A stretch of DNA of 64,000 nt from Heterodontus francisci (lineage: Eukaryota), in assembly GCF_036365525.1 (NCBI RefSeq), contig NW_027140825.1:620001-684000 (forward strand), read 5' to 3'. Of this stretch, positions 49,287 to 61,815 are shown piece by piece. The notes beneath the pieces were generated by a model, which saw only the letters and a program-made list of their open reading frames with translations, had not been told where the DNA came from and ran no database searches. The position numbers and the translations under genes are program-made. Within the stretch, counting starts at the first letter, position 1. Each line of letters opens with the position of its first letter.

Positions 49287-51393
49287 CTAGATACAGTAGC
49301 CCCCAGGGTGGGTGCAGTCCTGACACTGTATTTGGCTGTTGGTCCCATCACACTTTCTGATGTGAAAGCCTGCCTGGGTAACTTGTCCCAGCTTGTTTCG
49401 AACTGTGGGGATCTTATTTCTATTATTGTCGTATCGGTACAATGTACTGAAGACAAAATACTTCTGAACCTGCGGGCCAGCCCATGGGTGGCTAAAGGGT
49501 GCCTGGCCTAACGCGGCGAGGATGTCACAATTCTCATTGCCACTGAAGCAGCTCTGGATGCAGGGGGTGTAGGTGGTGTAGAGAATGACACAGCCAACCT
49601 GCAGCCCCTGGTTATTGATGCTATTCTGAAGCAGCCGAGCTGCACTGTCAGTCTGCCCATAGCGTTGATCCTCCTGAGTGAAGTGTAACAGTTTATTCTC
49701 TGAGCAGCGACTTCCTGTGTTGGGGTAAACTGCGATGTAGTTTACTGATCGACTGTTCAGGAAGTAATTCACACCGCCACGAATAACCGGTCTTCCTGAA
49801 TCAGAGGGTCTGAATTGTACATTCTGATTGATATTGGCACCGGTGCATTGTTGAGGAGTTAACACCATCAGGAAGGCGAACTGTCCTCCCCCAGTCGTAC
49901 TGCTGGGCTGGTGGCCAGACACTTGTCGGAATCTGAAAGGGACAAACACAAAGTGAGAGTCAAGGTAGGAATTGTGAATGAAATTCTCCTTGTGCCAGGT
50001 CAGTATGATGTGGATTATGGTCACCTGCCTATTTAATACCATACCTCATGATGGAAGGAGGGAAACTGGGAGTTTGAGTCAGAGAGTCAAAGAGTTACAC
50101 AGCACAGAAACAGGCCCTTCGGCCCATCGTGTCTGTGCCAGCCATCAAGCACCTAACTATTCTAATCCTATTTCCCAGCACTTGGCCCGTAGTCTTGTAT
50201 GCTGTGGCATTTCAATAAATTTGGTCATTAATTTACGACATTGGAAAGGACGGGACCGAATGAACTCATTCCAATGAAACAGAGATGGAAAGAGGGATGG
50301 GAACAAGAGCAAGGGAGAAACAAAGAGGTGGAGAGATGGATGGAGGGAGGGAGACAGAGAATGTGATAGAGGGAGGGTAGAAGACAGCAGGAGAGACAGA
50401 GATGGAGAGAAGAAACAAAGCCAGGGAAAGGAAGAGTTCTGGAGACAAGTACATAGAAACAGATAGAGACAGAAAAAGGAAGAACAAGATGGAGACAGAT
50501 ACAGATAGAGACAGAGAGAGGGAACAGAGGCAGTGATAAACTGAAAAAGGATAAAGTAATAGAGACAGAGATGAGAGAGATAGACAGGCCGTCGAGCATG
50601 GAGAGGGACAAGTGACAGGAGAAATACAGTGAGAGATTAACAGCAACACAAACCAAGAGATAAATAGAATGGAAGACATAGAGAGAGAAAGAGATAGACA
50701 CAGGGCAACAGGGAGAGAGAGCGGGAGGGGAGAGGAGCGAGGTCAGTGAGCGAGGTCAGTGAGCGGGGTCAGTGAGTGGGGTCAGTTAGTGGGGTCAGTG
50801 AGAGGGGTCAGTGCGTGGGGACAGTGAGTGGGGTCAGTGAGAGGGGTCAGTGAGTGTGGTCAGTGAGTGGGGTCAGTGAGAGGGGTCAATGAGAGGGGTC
50901 AGTGATTGGGGTCAGTCAGTGGGGTCAGTCAGTGGGGTCAGTGAGAGGGGTCAGTGAGTGGGGTCAGTAAGTGGGGTCAGTGAGCGGGGTCAGTGAGTGC
51001 GGTCAGTGAGTGGGTTCAGTGAGAGGGGTCAGTGAGTGGGGTCAGTGAGTGGGGTCAGTAAGTGGGGTCAGTGAGTGGGGTCAGTGAGTCAGATTACTGA
51101 TGAAGTGACATGTCTCACTCTGAGTCCTTTCTTGCTCACCTTCCCCTCTCTGTGGTTCCATGTTATTTTAATTTAACTGGACTCTGCCCTGCTCCCCCTC
51201 ATCACTTTGACAGAGCGGAGCCTCATACCTGGGCCATTCTCACAGCCTAACCCTGTCAGTGAATGGTGAAAGGCCTGGGCAGGATGAACACTTACTGTGA
51301 GACAATTCCAGCCAAGACATTGTCATTTAGTGCAACCGCATCTGACTCGGGGACCCAGAACAGCACCAACAGGAACAAGCAGAGAGTCCGCAT
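49287..51393 (-). CDS. Secreted AID/APOBEC-like deaminase (SNAD family, SNAD1-like), 247 aa; coding exons 51296-51393 and 49287-49932
   Basis: Signal MRTLCLFLLVLFWVPESDA; phase-2 GT-AG intron; QFAFLMVLTPQQC...NYIAVYP..RCSENKLL...GCVILYTTYTPCIQSC...W.G..KYFVFSTLY..D...IRKC...C..C....YCI*. This is the SNAD layout (QFA strand, HxE position, PCxxxC, Cys-rich C-terminus). Confidence 0.88.
50735..51090 (+). repeat. 14-bp G-rich minisatellite (gtcagtgagtgggg) in the deaminase intron
   Basis: ~25 tandem copies. Confidence 0.93.
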
Positions 51394-51869
51394 CGTGGGA
51401 TCTTCCTGCCCACTCCAAATCCTGAATGAGGGAACAAAGGGAGGTGGTCATCAATGGGACAGAATTTCCAATCGAAGACCCAGTCAGTGTGAGAGAGACA
51501 GAGCGAGAGAGAGAGAGGGTGACAAAGATAGAGAGCGATAGATAGAGAGCAAGTGAGAGAGACGGAGAGAGAGATAGATAGAGAGNNNNNNNNNNNNNNN
51601 NNNNNNNNNNNNNNNNNNNNNNNNNNNNNNNNNNNNNNNNNNNNNNNNNNNNNNNNNNNNNNNNNNNNNNNNNNNNNNNNNNNNNNNNNNNNNNNNNNNN
51701 NNNNNNNNNNNNNNNNNNNNNNNNNNNNNNNNNNNNNNNNNNNNNNNNAAGATAGAAAGATAGAGGGAGAGAGAGGCAAAGAGAGAGAGATAGCAAGCGC
51801 GACAGAGACAGAGAAATACATCGACAGACTGAGAGAGAGCGACAGAGAGCGACAGAGAGAGAGCAAGGG

Positions 51870-51904
<35 letters not shown>

Positions 51905-52139
51905 CGGACAGAGAGAAAGAAGGACAGAGAGAGAGACGGACAGAGAGAGAGAAAGAGGGAGAGAGAGAGACAGACAAAAGTGACAGTGATCGATTCTTTC
52001 TAGAGCTGCCTTCTTAAGATAAATGTTTATTACCTCCCGCCTCTGCGGGGAAAGAGGGATTTTCTGCACTGTAGTGACCGGCAATGACTACTGCACACCT
52101 TCTTTATTTCTGTAGAACCCATTCAATTCTGGAATGCTT

Positions 52140-53070
52140 TATAGAGATAGGGAGCGTTGTAGGGCCTGGAAGAGGTTACCAAGGCAGGGATTGTTGAAGG
52201 TGCTGGAGGATATACAGAGATAGGGAGAGTTGTAGGGGCTGGAGGAGGTTACAGAGAGAGTGATGGTTGTAGGGGCTGGAGGAGGTTACGGAGATAGGGT
52301 GGGATGTATCGGCTGGAGGCGATTACAGAGAGAGTGATGGTTGTAGGGACTGGAGGAGGTTACAGAGATAGGGAGAGTTGTAGGGGCTGGAGGAGGTTAC
52401 AGAGAGAGTGATGGTTGTCGGGGCTGGAGGAGGTTACGGAGATAGGGTGGGATGTATCGGCTGGAGGCGATTACAGAGAGAGTGATGGTTGTAGGCACTG
52501 GAAGAGGTTACAGAGATAGGGTGGGTTGCAGGGGCTGGAGGCGATTACAGAGAGAGTGATGGTTGTAGGCACTGGAGGAGGTAACAGAGATAGGGTGGAT
52601 TGTAGGGGCTGGAGGCGATTACAAAAGAGAGTGATAGTTCCAGGGACTGGAGGAGGTTACAGAGATAGGGAGGGTTGTATGGACTGGAGGAGGTTACAGA
52701 GATAGGGAGGAATGTAGGGGCTGGAGGAGGTTCCAGAGACAGGAAAGCTTGTCGGCGCTGGAGGAGATTACAGAGGCAGGAAGGGTTGCAGGGGCTGGGG
52801 GAAGTTACAGAGAATGGGAGGATTGAAGGGGCTGGGGGAGATTGCCGCACAGTTAGTACAGAGGCAGTGATTCTCTGTCAAAGAGTTTATACTGAGGGAG
52901 TGCTGCACTGTCGGAGGGTCAGTACTGAGGGAGTGCCGCACTGTTGGAGGGTCAGTACTGAGGGAGTGCCGCACTGTCGGAGGGTCAGTACTGATGGAAT
53001 GCTCCATTGTCGGAGGGTCAGTACTGAGGGAGTGCTGCACTTTCGGAGGGTCAGTACTGAGAGAGTGCTG
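52140..53070 (-). repeat. Reverse copies of the 37-bp and 33-bp minisatellites
   Basis: gggctggaggaggttacagagataggg units, then gagggtcagtactgagggagtgc units. Confidence 0.88.
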
Positions 53071-55867
53071 CCCCATGCCAGCGATGCCCACATCCCAAGA
53101 ATACATTTTACAATTCTCTACATGTCCTTGTACAATGTCATCTACGATCAGCTGGCACCATGAAACATTTCACCTATTTTCTCTGTGATTATAATTTATA
53201 CTTTACCTTCGATCAGTCTCTGCTGCTTCGAACACCAACAGTTGGCAGTCTAATGTTCACAATGTCTGTCTGACAGGATGACAAACACACTGCGATTTAA
53301 GTTCAACTCCTGTTGAATTAACCGCTGCCAAAACAAACCTAAGCAGATCCACCAGATGCTTTCTAAATCACAAGTGGGCTGTGATGAAAAGGGGTCAAGG
53401 ATATACCACAATTCTGGGAAACTCTGACTAAACCCCATGTGGAGTAACTACATTCAGTTCTGTGAACCAAAGCTCAGTAAGCATCGTCCTTGGAGGGGTG
53501 ATGCTCAGGATCACTACAATGATACCTGAGCAGAAGGAGTTCAATGATCAGGACATTTTGGAGAAACTAGACTGGCATTCCCTTCAGTATAAAACAATAA
53601 AGTGTCATCTAATTTATTTCAGCAGATATGGAGAAACTATTGGCTCTCGTGCCGTTTACAGATCATATAAGGTTAAGCTCACCATTTGAGCACGGCCATT
53701 CAGCAATGATGTCAGGAATGGCTCTGTCACTGAACCCCCTCACTGTCCATACACAGAGCAGAGGGAGGAGTGAGAGAAGGAGGGGGAATGGAAAGGCGGA
53801 GGGTAGTAGAGAAAGGGAGAACAGGATGGGCAGGGGAACACAGAATCCATTAAATAGCTGCAGGAGCAGGCCATTCAGCCCCTCGAGCCTGCTTCACCAT
53901 TCAATAGGATCACAGCTAATCCTCAACCTCGACTCTACCTTCTTACCCAATCCTCATATCCCTGGATTCTCTCTGAATCCAAAAATCTATCAATCTCGGT
54001 CTTCACTTTACTCAACGAGTGAGCATCCACAGTTCTCAGGGGTAGAGAATTCCAAAGATTCACAACCCACTGAGTGAAGACATTTCTACTCATCTCATTC
54101 CCAAATGGCCAACCCCTTATCCTGAAATTGTGACTCTCTATCCCAGGGAAAAGGTACTCTTAGCATCCACCACACCCTAACAATTGTCTATGTTTCAAAG
54201 AGATATCCTCGCATTGTTTTAAACTATGGGGAACATAAACCCAGACCTCTCAACCACTGCTCATAAAATAATCCCGAAATCCCAGGAATCATCCGAGTGA
54301 ACCTTCATTGAACTCACTCAAATGTATGTATAGCATTCCTCAAATAAGGAGACCAAAACTGTACACAGTACTCCCGGAACCTGTACAACTGCAGTGTGGG
54401 AAGAATGATGCTCCGATAGTGAAGCTCTCCCTCAGCACTGCTTCCCGAGAGTACATCACCCTCTCCTTACTGCACCTCCGATGGTGCTGTAATCTCCCAG
54501 TAGGGCCCCGCTCCAGGTTAATATAGCGCCCCTTTATTTTTTCTTTAGCTGGGGTTCGTTGCTGCAACCAGCAGGCAGCACCTCCAATCAAGCAACAACC
54601 AACCCCGCTTTCTCTTCTTTTTTTATGGGAACAGCGGAGAGGGAGCTTTATTCTGTATCTAACTCCGTTTGTTTTTAAAGGAAGCCTTTATACCCCAGGC
54701 CCCTTTTATATATTATTTGTCGAGGGGGCCTTTATTCCCCAGGCCCCCTTAGAGTGCCCCTCACAACACAGTGTTCATTCAGTATTGTCTCTCCGAGAGT
54801 GATGTGTCTCTATGTATGGCCCCTGAACAGTTAACAAGGCCTGAGTTAATTGGTGACAGCAAACAAGAAGGGGTAAAAGGGTCAATTGTATTTTGCTGAC
54901 AGCACTGAGGTTTTATTTACCTGGTGTCTGATTGGTTCAATGAGAGGCGTTTACATGTGGTGCAAATAAACTTTGGAAAGTCGTTGGAAAAGTGCCAACA
55001 TATTAAAGTGAAGCGCTCCCTCAGTACAGATACACAAAAACAGACACAAACATGCAGATATACACACACACAGAGACACACCAACAAACATGCAGACAAT
55101 ATCTCAGAGGGGTGTTGGGCTGGAGGTGGTTCAGAGCCAGTGAAGGCCGAAGCCAATGAGGGATTTGAGTCTGAGGTTGAGAAATCTACACCCGAGCCAG
55201 CAGTGGACTGGGAGCTGCAGGGTGACCGTTTTTTGGGACAATAAGAGACGCTTAGAATAAAACTTCGAAACGAAATGTAGAGACACTGGCGAAGATGCAA
55301 GGAATGCCCTCCTTCTGTATTGGAAAGCTTTCTATCTTTCTATTAATGATTAACATGGATGATACTGGAACTGAAAGGTTGTAATTATCAGAAGAGAATA
55401 TCAGTAAAAAGATACAGGTTTTAACCACTATCAGAGTGTCTTCTTTCCCTGGGATGAGGAAAATGTTTATCAGGAACACAATAAACAGGAGGAGGCCATT
55501 CAGCCCCTCTGGATCCAACACACCCACACATTTCTCCTATCCACCAGACAAATGTTCCCTGCACCCTCCCATCGAGGTAAAGCTGAAACGAGCTGTCCGT
55601 TTTCTAATGTGGGGAGGCGGGGGTGTGGGGGTGGGGGGGGGTCTTGTTTTTACATATAGTGAGGGGGGAAGGGATGTAGGAGGGAACTGCAGGACGACAT
55701 TCCTAAGAAAAGACAGGTTACAGTGACAGTGAGAGATTAGAGATACAGGCACTGGAGAAAGGGGCAAAGGACGATTAATCACGATGTCACCAGAACTGAG
55801 ATTCACTGCAACTATTCACTATCAGGAATCAATGACAATAAGCTGGGTTTTTATGCACTGAACCTGT

Positions 55868-56218
55868 TTAGTTTAGTTTAGAGATACAGCACTGAAACAG
55901 GCCCTTCGGCCCACCGAGTCTGTGCCGACCATCAACCACCCACTTATACTAATCCTACACTAATCCCATATCCCTGCCACATCCCCACCTGTCCCTATAT
56001 TTCCCTACCACCTACCTATACTAGGGGCAATTTATAATGGCCAATTAACCTATCAACCTGCAAGTCTTTGGCATGTGGGAGGAAACCGGAGCACCCGGAG
56101 GAAACCCACGCAGACAGAGGGAGAACTTGCAAACTCCATACAGGCAGTACCCAGAATTGAACCCGGGTCGCTGGAGCTGTGAGGCTGTGGTGCTGACCAC
56201 TGAGCCACTGTGCTGCCC
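55868..56218 (-). mobile_element. V-SINE (HE1-like), near full length
   Basis: Minus strand: gggcagcacagtggctcagtgg (A box) ... gggttcaattct (B box) ... V-domain core ... LINE-like tail. Confidence 0.85.
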
Positions 56219-56541
56219 CTGTGTTTACCTTCTCCACAGGGACAGCAGAGGAAGTGGGACCGGAGGGCTGCAGGACCATGTAACAGACAATGGCTTTGAG
56301 AAGGATTTAGTGAGAAAACTGAAAGAGCAGGAGACCACGCCGATCCAGCTTGATACACATCAACAGGACAAGGACACCCACTTAATTAGAGTGAGAAAGA
56401 GAGTGTGTGTGTGTGACAGAGAGAGAGATGTAGTGAGAGAGTGGATAGAGAGAGGAAAAATGACAGACAGAGTTAAAGAGACTGAGACAGAAAGGTAGAC
56501 AGAGATAGAGGCAAAGACAGCGAGACAGCAAGAGACACATA

Positions 56542-56577
<36 letters not shown>

Positions 56578-56885
56578 CACTGAGGAGAGACTGAGACAAA
56601 GAGACTGAGACAGATAGGGAGACAGTGCTCGAGAGAGAGAGATGGAGTGATAGAGAAAGAGAGTGAAGGTAGACTGAGAGACAAAGAGAGAGAGAGAAAG
56701 ACATTGGCAACCAATTTGATTGTGATTTGTTGACCTGGGGAATGGGCGTCTCCAACATTCTATCACTTCCTAATGCTCTTCATGTTCCTCCCAATGATTT
56801 GCAAAGAGTGAATTTGGACCCTCACAAGACTTTAACCTCCTGCTCTCACTCCTGTGTCTAGTAAGAGAACAAGTTGTAGTGAAAG

Positions 56886-57376
56886 ATGTATCAGTTACTG
56901 GGTCTGATAATCCTGTTTCATTGTAAGTGAGTGTGAAATACAAATATATCGTTAATAACTTTCCTTTCCTCTCTCTATCTCCCTTTCATTCCAAGAAGTT
57001 CCCTATTTAATGATCTCCTCCTCTCTCCATCTCTCTCCCAGATGTGAACTCACAGACAATCCACCAGATTCGTGCCGCTGTCTCCAGATTGCGTGGAGAA
57101 GCAGTGGAACTGAGGTGCACCGTGCAGGGCACCAGTACTGATAGAATGTGCTGGTACAGACAATACCTGGGGAAGGAGCCGCTGTTGATGTTTTATTCCA
57201 ATACTGCTAACCATGTGGATCCAGAGGGGACGGTGGATGGTTTCACCGCCGGGAGACAGAGGAATTCCGAGTTCAACCAGGAGTCCTCCAGCCTGTGGGA
57301 GAATCACTCGGTCGTGTATTTCTGTGCCTGGAGAGATCACAGTGACTCAGAGAGATGGAGCAGTTCATCAAAAACA
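56886..57376 (+). CDS. TRBV30-like V segment, open frame; leader 56886-56922, V exon 57042-57337, 23-RSS 57338-57376
   Basis: MYQLLGLIILFH|YVNSQTIHQ...LRCTVQG..MCWYRQ..LMFYS..VVYFCAWRD; CACAGTG-23-TCAAAAACA. The FR3 Leu to Gln change (FNQESS) may impair folding. Confidence 0.88.
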
Positions 57377-58099
57377 CCAAAGGCAGCAGGAAGAATCTGT
57401 GGAGGATAAAACTGCTCGGAGCCTCGAACTTGTTTCGTTTTGCAGAGCGAAAGTGTTTATGATAACACGAAGAGATGGGTTAGAGTGGGAGTGAGAGATT
57501 AGATATACAGATAGTGGAGAATGTGTAAAGAACAATTAACAAGGATAACACCAGATCTGAGGTTGTAACTATCAGGAAGAATTAACTATAAAACGACTTG
57601 AGTTTTACTGCACTGACACTGAGTTTTCTTCCTCTATATGATTAACAGAGGGTGCTCTCGGACCATGAATATGCAATGGTCTGTAAAACATTTAATAGGA
57701 AAACAGAAAGAGGCAGAGGTCATACAACCCTCAGGCTTCATACACATGGACAGGAGAAGGACATTCATCACATTAGAGAGGGATATACACACACACAGTG
57801 AGAGAGACAAAGAGAGGGAGACCGAATGTGTGAGAGAGGGAGAGAACAAGATTGAGAGGAAAACTGACAGAGACAGAGAGACAGAGACAGAGAGAGGAAA
57901 GAGAGAAGAGGACAGAGAGGAGGACAGAAAGGAGGACAGAGGGTGACATAGAGGAGGTCAGAGAGGGTGGCAGAGAGGAGGAGGGAGACGAGGATCAAGA
58001 AAGGTCGAGAGAGCGACAGAGAAAACAAGAAAGACCGAGAGACCGAGTGAGAGAAAAAAAAGGAAACATGGATCAAGAGACTGAGACAGATTGGGAGAA

Positions 58100-58166
<67 letters not shown>

Positions 58167-58900
58167 GAGAGGGACAGAAAGACAGAGAGCAGTAAAACAG
58201 ACAGGGACAGTGAACTAAAGACAGAGCGAGTGAAAAACACACACACACACATGCACAGCTTTGTATCCGTGCCCATTCATCTTGCAGCTCATTGAATCAG
58301 AATATCCCGTGATCTCAGGATAGTAACTGTCAGGAAAGAATAACAATAAAAGGACTGGGGCTGTTATAGACTGACACTGTGTATATGTTCACCACAGGGA
58401 CAGCTGAGGACGCTCGAGGACCATGTGATGCACAATGGCATTGAGAAGGAGTTCATAGGAAAACTGAAACAGTGAGAGATCATACAGTCCTCCAGGTTGA
58501 TATGCATGACCAGGAGAAGGACACCCACCTCCTTCGAGAGAGAGACACACAGCGAGAGAGACAAAGAGAGAAAGGGACCTTGTGTGTTTGTATCTGTGAG
58601 AGAGAGATCGAGATAAAGAGACTGAGACATACAGGGAGGCAGAGAATGAGAGACAGAGACAGAGAGAAAAACACAGCACAAGTTAGAGAAAGGGAGAGAG
58701 AGAGAGAGAAAGTGGAACATTGACAACCAACTCGATTCTCATTTGTTGATCTTGAAAATAAGTGTCACCATCTCTGCATCACTTCCTAATGCTCTCCCTG
58801 TTCCTCCCAATGATTTGTAAAGAGTGGGTTGGTTATTGACAACACTCATGAATCCTGCTTTCTCCCCTTTGCTGATTCAGAGGGCAGCTTAAAGTAAAAG

Positions 58901-59420
58901 ATGTATCTGTTACTGACTCTGATCACCCTGTTTCACCGTAAGGGATTTTATTGAAACAATAAGTCCACTTAACATTTCTTTTGGTTATGCTTTTATTTAT
59001 TTATCTCTCTCTTTCTCTCTCCCCACTGGACTGAATGTTCCTGTTTACTGATCTCCTCCTCTCCCTGTCTCTTTCCCAGATGTGAACTCACAGACTATCC
59101 GCCAGACTCCCACCACTGTCTCCAAAATTCCTGGGGAGCAGGTGAAGCTGAAATGCACCGTGCTGGGCAGCAGCACCAGTAACCCTAACATGTTCTGGTA
59201 CTGACAATACCCGGGGAAGGAACCGCAGTTTATGTTTTACTCCACGGGTGCCAATATCGTATCTCCAGAGGAGGCGGGGGATGGTTTCACCACCGAGAGA
59301 CCGAGTAACTCCGAGTTCAACCTGGAGACCTCCAGCCTGCGGGAGGATCACTCGGCCGTGTATTTCTGTGCCTGGATTCTTCACAGTGACTCAGAGAGAT
59401 GGAGCAGTTCAACAAAAACC
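58901..59420 (+). pseudogene. TRBV30-like V pseudogene (single nonsense codon); leader 58901-58937, V exon from 59080, 23-RSS 59382-59420
   Basis: SQTIRQTP..LKCTVLGSSTSNPNMFWY*QYPGKEP..CAWIL; TGA at 59202-59204; consensus CACAGTG-23-ACAAAAACC. Confidence 0.9.
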
Positions 59421-59879
59421 CCAAAGGCAGCAGGAAACACCTCTGGGAGATAAAATTGCACGGTGTTCCCGCTTTTTTTTTGTGCAGGGCGATTGTGTTT
59501 GTGACGATAAGAAGACAAATGAGAATAAAAGTGAGATAATAAATGTACAGGCACTGACGAAGTGACAATGAACGGACTCACCTGTGCGGTAAAACTTTCT
59601 ATCTCTCTCTGAATGATTAACAAGGATAACACCAGATCTGAGGTTGTAACGATCAGGAAAGATTAACAATAAAACGACTTGAGTTTTTCTGCACTGACAT
59701 TGAGTTTTCCTCCTCTATAGGGTTAACAGAGGGTGCTCTAGGACCATGAATACACAATGGACGAGAAAGCATTTAATAGGAAAACAGAAAGAGGCAGAGA
59801 TCATACAGTGGTCGAGCTTCATCCACGTGGACAGGAGAAAGACATTCATCACCTTAGAGACGGATATACACACAGATAG

Positions 59880-60031
59880 CGGGAGAGACAAAGATAGAGA
59901 GAGAGCGAGTGTGAGAGAGAGGGTGAGAACGAGATTGAGAGGAAAACTGACAGAGATAAAGAGACTGAGACAGAGAGACTGAGAGTGAGAGAGACTGAGA
60001 GATAGAGACTGAGAGGGAGAGAGTGTCTGAC

Positions 60032-60064
<33 letters not shown>

Positions 60065-60783
60065 CTGAGACAGAGAGACAGAGAGAGAGACTGAGAGTGA
60101 GAGACTGAGACAGAGAGAGACTGAAACAGAGAGACCGAGAGAGAGAGACTGAGAGCGAGAGAGACTGAGAGATAGAGACTGAGAGGGAGTGAGAGTCTGA
60201 CTGAGAGACAGAGAGAGACAGAGAGAGAGAGAGACTGAGAGTGAGAGACTGACACAAAGAGACTGAGAGAGAGAGAGGCTGAGAGAGAGAGAGACTGAGA
60301 CTGAGACAGAGAGAGACTGAGACAGAGAGACTGAGAGAGAGAGACTGAGACAGAGAGAGACTGAGACAGAGAGACTGAGAGAGAGAGACTGAGAGAGAGA
60401 GAGACTGAGAGAGAGAGGCTGAGAGAGAGAGAGACTGAGACAAAGAGCATGACAAAGAGAATGAGACAAAGAGACTGAGAGAGAGAAACTGAGAGAGAGA
60501 GACTGAGACAAAGAGACTGAGAAAAAGAAACTGTGCAAGAGAGCCTGGGACAAAGAGACTGAGACAGAGAGTCTGAGAGAAGGAGAATGGGAGACTGAAA
60601 GAGAGAGACTGAGACAGAGACTCTGAGAAAAGGAGAGAGGGAGACTGAAAGAGAGAGACTGAGACAGAGAGGCTGAGAGAGAGAGAGACTGAGACAAAGA
60701 GTCAGAGATGGAGAGGCTGACACAAAGAGATTGAGACAGAGAGATTGAGACGAAGAGACTGTGAGAGAGAGACTGAGAGAGAG

Positions 60784-60818
<35 letters not shown>

Positions 60819-61481
60819 AGACAAAGAGACTGAGAAAAAGAAACTGTGCAAGAGAGCCTGGGACAAAGAGACTGAGACAGAGAGTCTGAGAGAAGGAGAA
60901 TGGGAGACTGAAAGAGAGAGACTGAGACAGAGACTCTGAGAAAAGGAGAGAGGGAGACTGAAAGAGAGAGACTGAGTCAGAGAGACTGAGTGAGAGAGAG
61001 ACTGAGACAAAGAGTCAGAGATGGAGAGGCTGACACAAAGAGATTGAGACAGAGAGATTGAGACGAAGAGACTGTGAGAGAGAGACTGAGAGAGAGACTG
61101 AGAGAGAGACTTGAGAGAGAGAGAGAGAGACTGAGAGAGAGAGACTGAGACAAAGAGACTGAGAGAGAGATACTGAGAGAGAGAGAGGGAGACTGAGACA
61201 AAAAGACTGAGTCAAAGAGACTGTGAGAGAGAGACTATGAGAGAGAGACTGAGACAGAGACTCTGAGACAGAGAGACTCAGACAAAGAGACTGAGACAGA
61301 GAGTCTGAGAGAGGGAGAGTCTGTGAGAGGGAGACTGAGAGAGAGATAATGAGAGAGAGAGAGAGACTGAGAGAGAGACTGAGACAAAGAGACTGAGACA
61401 GAGAGACTGAGAAAGAGAGAGACTGAAACAAAGAGTCAGAGACAGAGAGGTTGACACAAAGAGATTGAGAGAGAGAGATTG
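59880..61481 (+). repeat. GA-rich low-complexity / (GAGAGACT)-type microsatellite with internal ~360-bp duplication
   Basis: Source of the poly-Ser/Leu ORFs; 60500-60740 repeats at 60810-61050. Confidence 0.9.
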
Positions 61482-61815
61482 NNNNNNNNNNNNNNNNNNN
61501 NNNNNNNNNNNNNNNNNNNNNNNNNNNNNNNNNNNNNNNNNNNNNNNNNNNNNNNNNNNNNNNNNNNNNNNNNNNNNNNNNNNNNNNNNNNNNNNNNNNN
61601 NNNNNNNNNNNNNNNNNNNNNNNNNNNNNNNNNNNNNNNNNNNNNCTCGATTCTCATTTGTTGATGTGGGAAATGAATGTCACCATCTCTGCATCACTTC
61701 CTAACGCTCTCCCTGTTCCTCCCAATGATTTGTAAAGAGTGGGTTGGTTGTTGACAACACTAATCACTCCTGCTCCCTCCCCTTTGCTGATTCAGAGGGC
61801 AATTTAAAGTAAAAG

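Noticed and set aside
49933-50042. N-terminal 36 aa of ORF 49287..50042 as the real start of the deaminase
   Set aside because: Intronic read-through; a canonical acceptor at 49932 joins in frame to the signal-peptide exon 51296-51393.
59715-61431. Poly-Ser/Leu ORFs of 250-290 aa
   Set aside because: GA/CT microsatellite artefacts.
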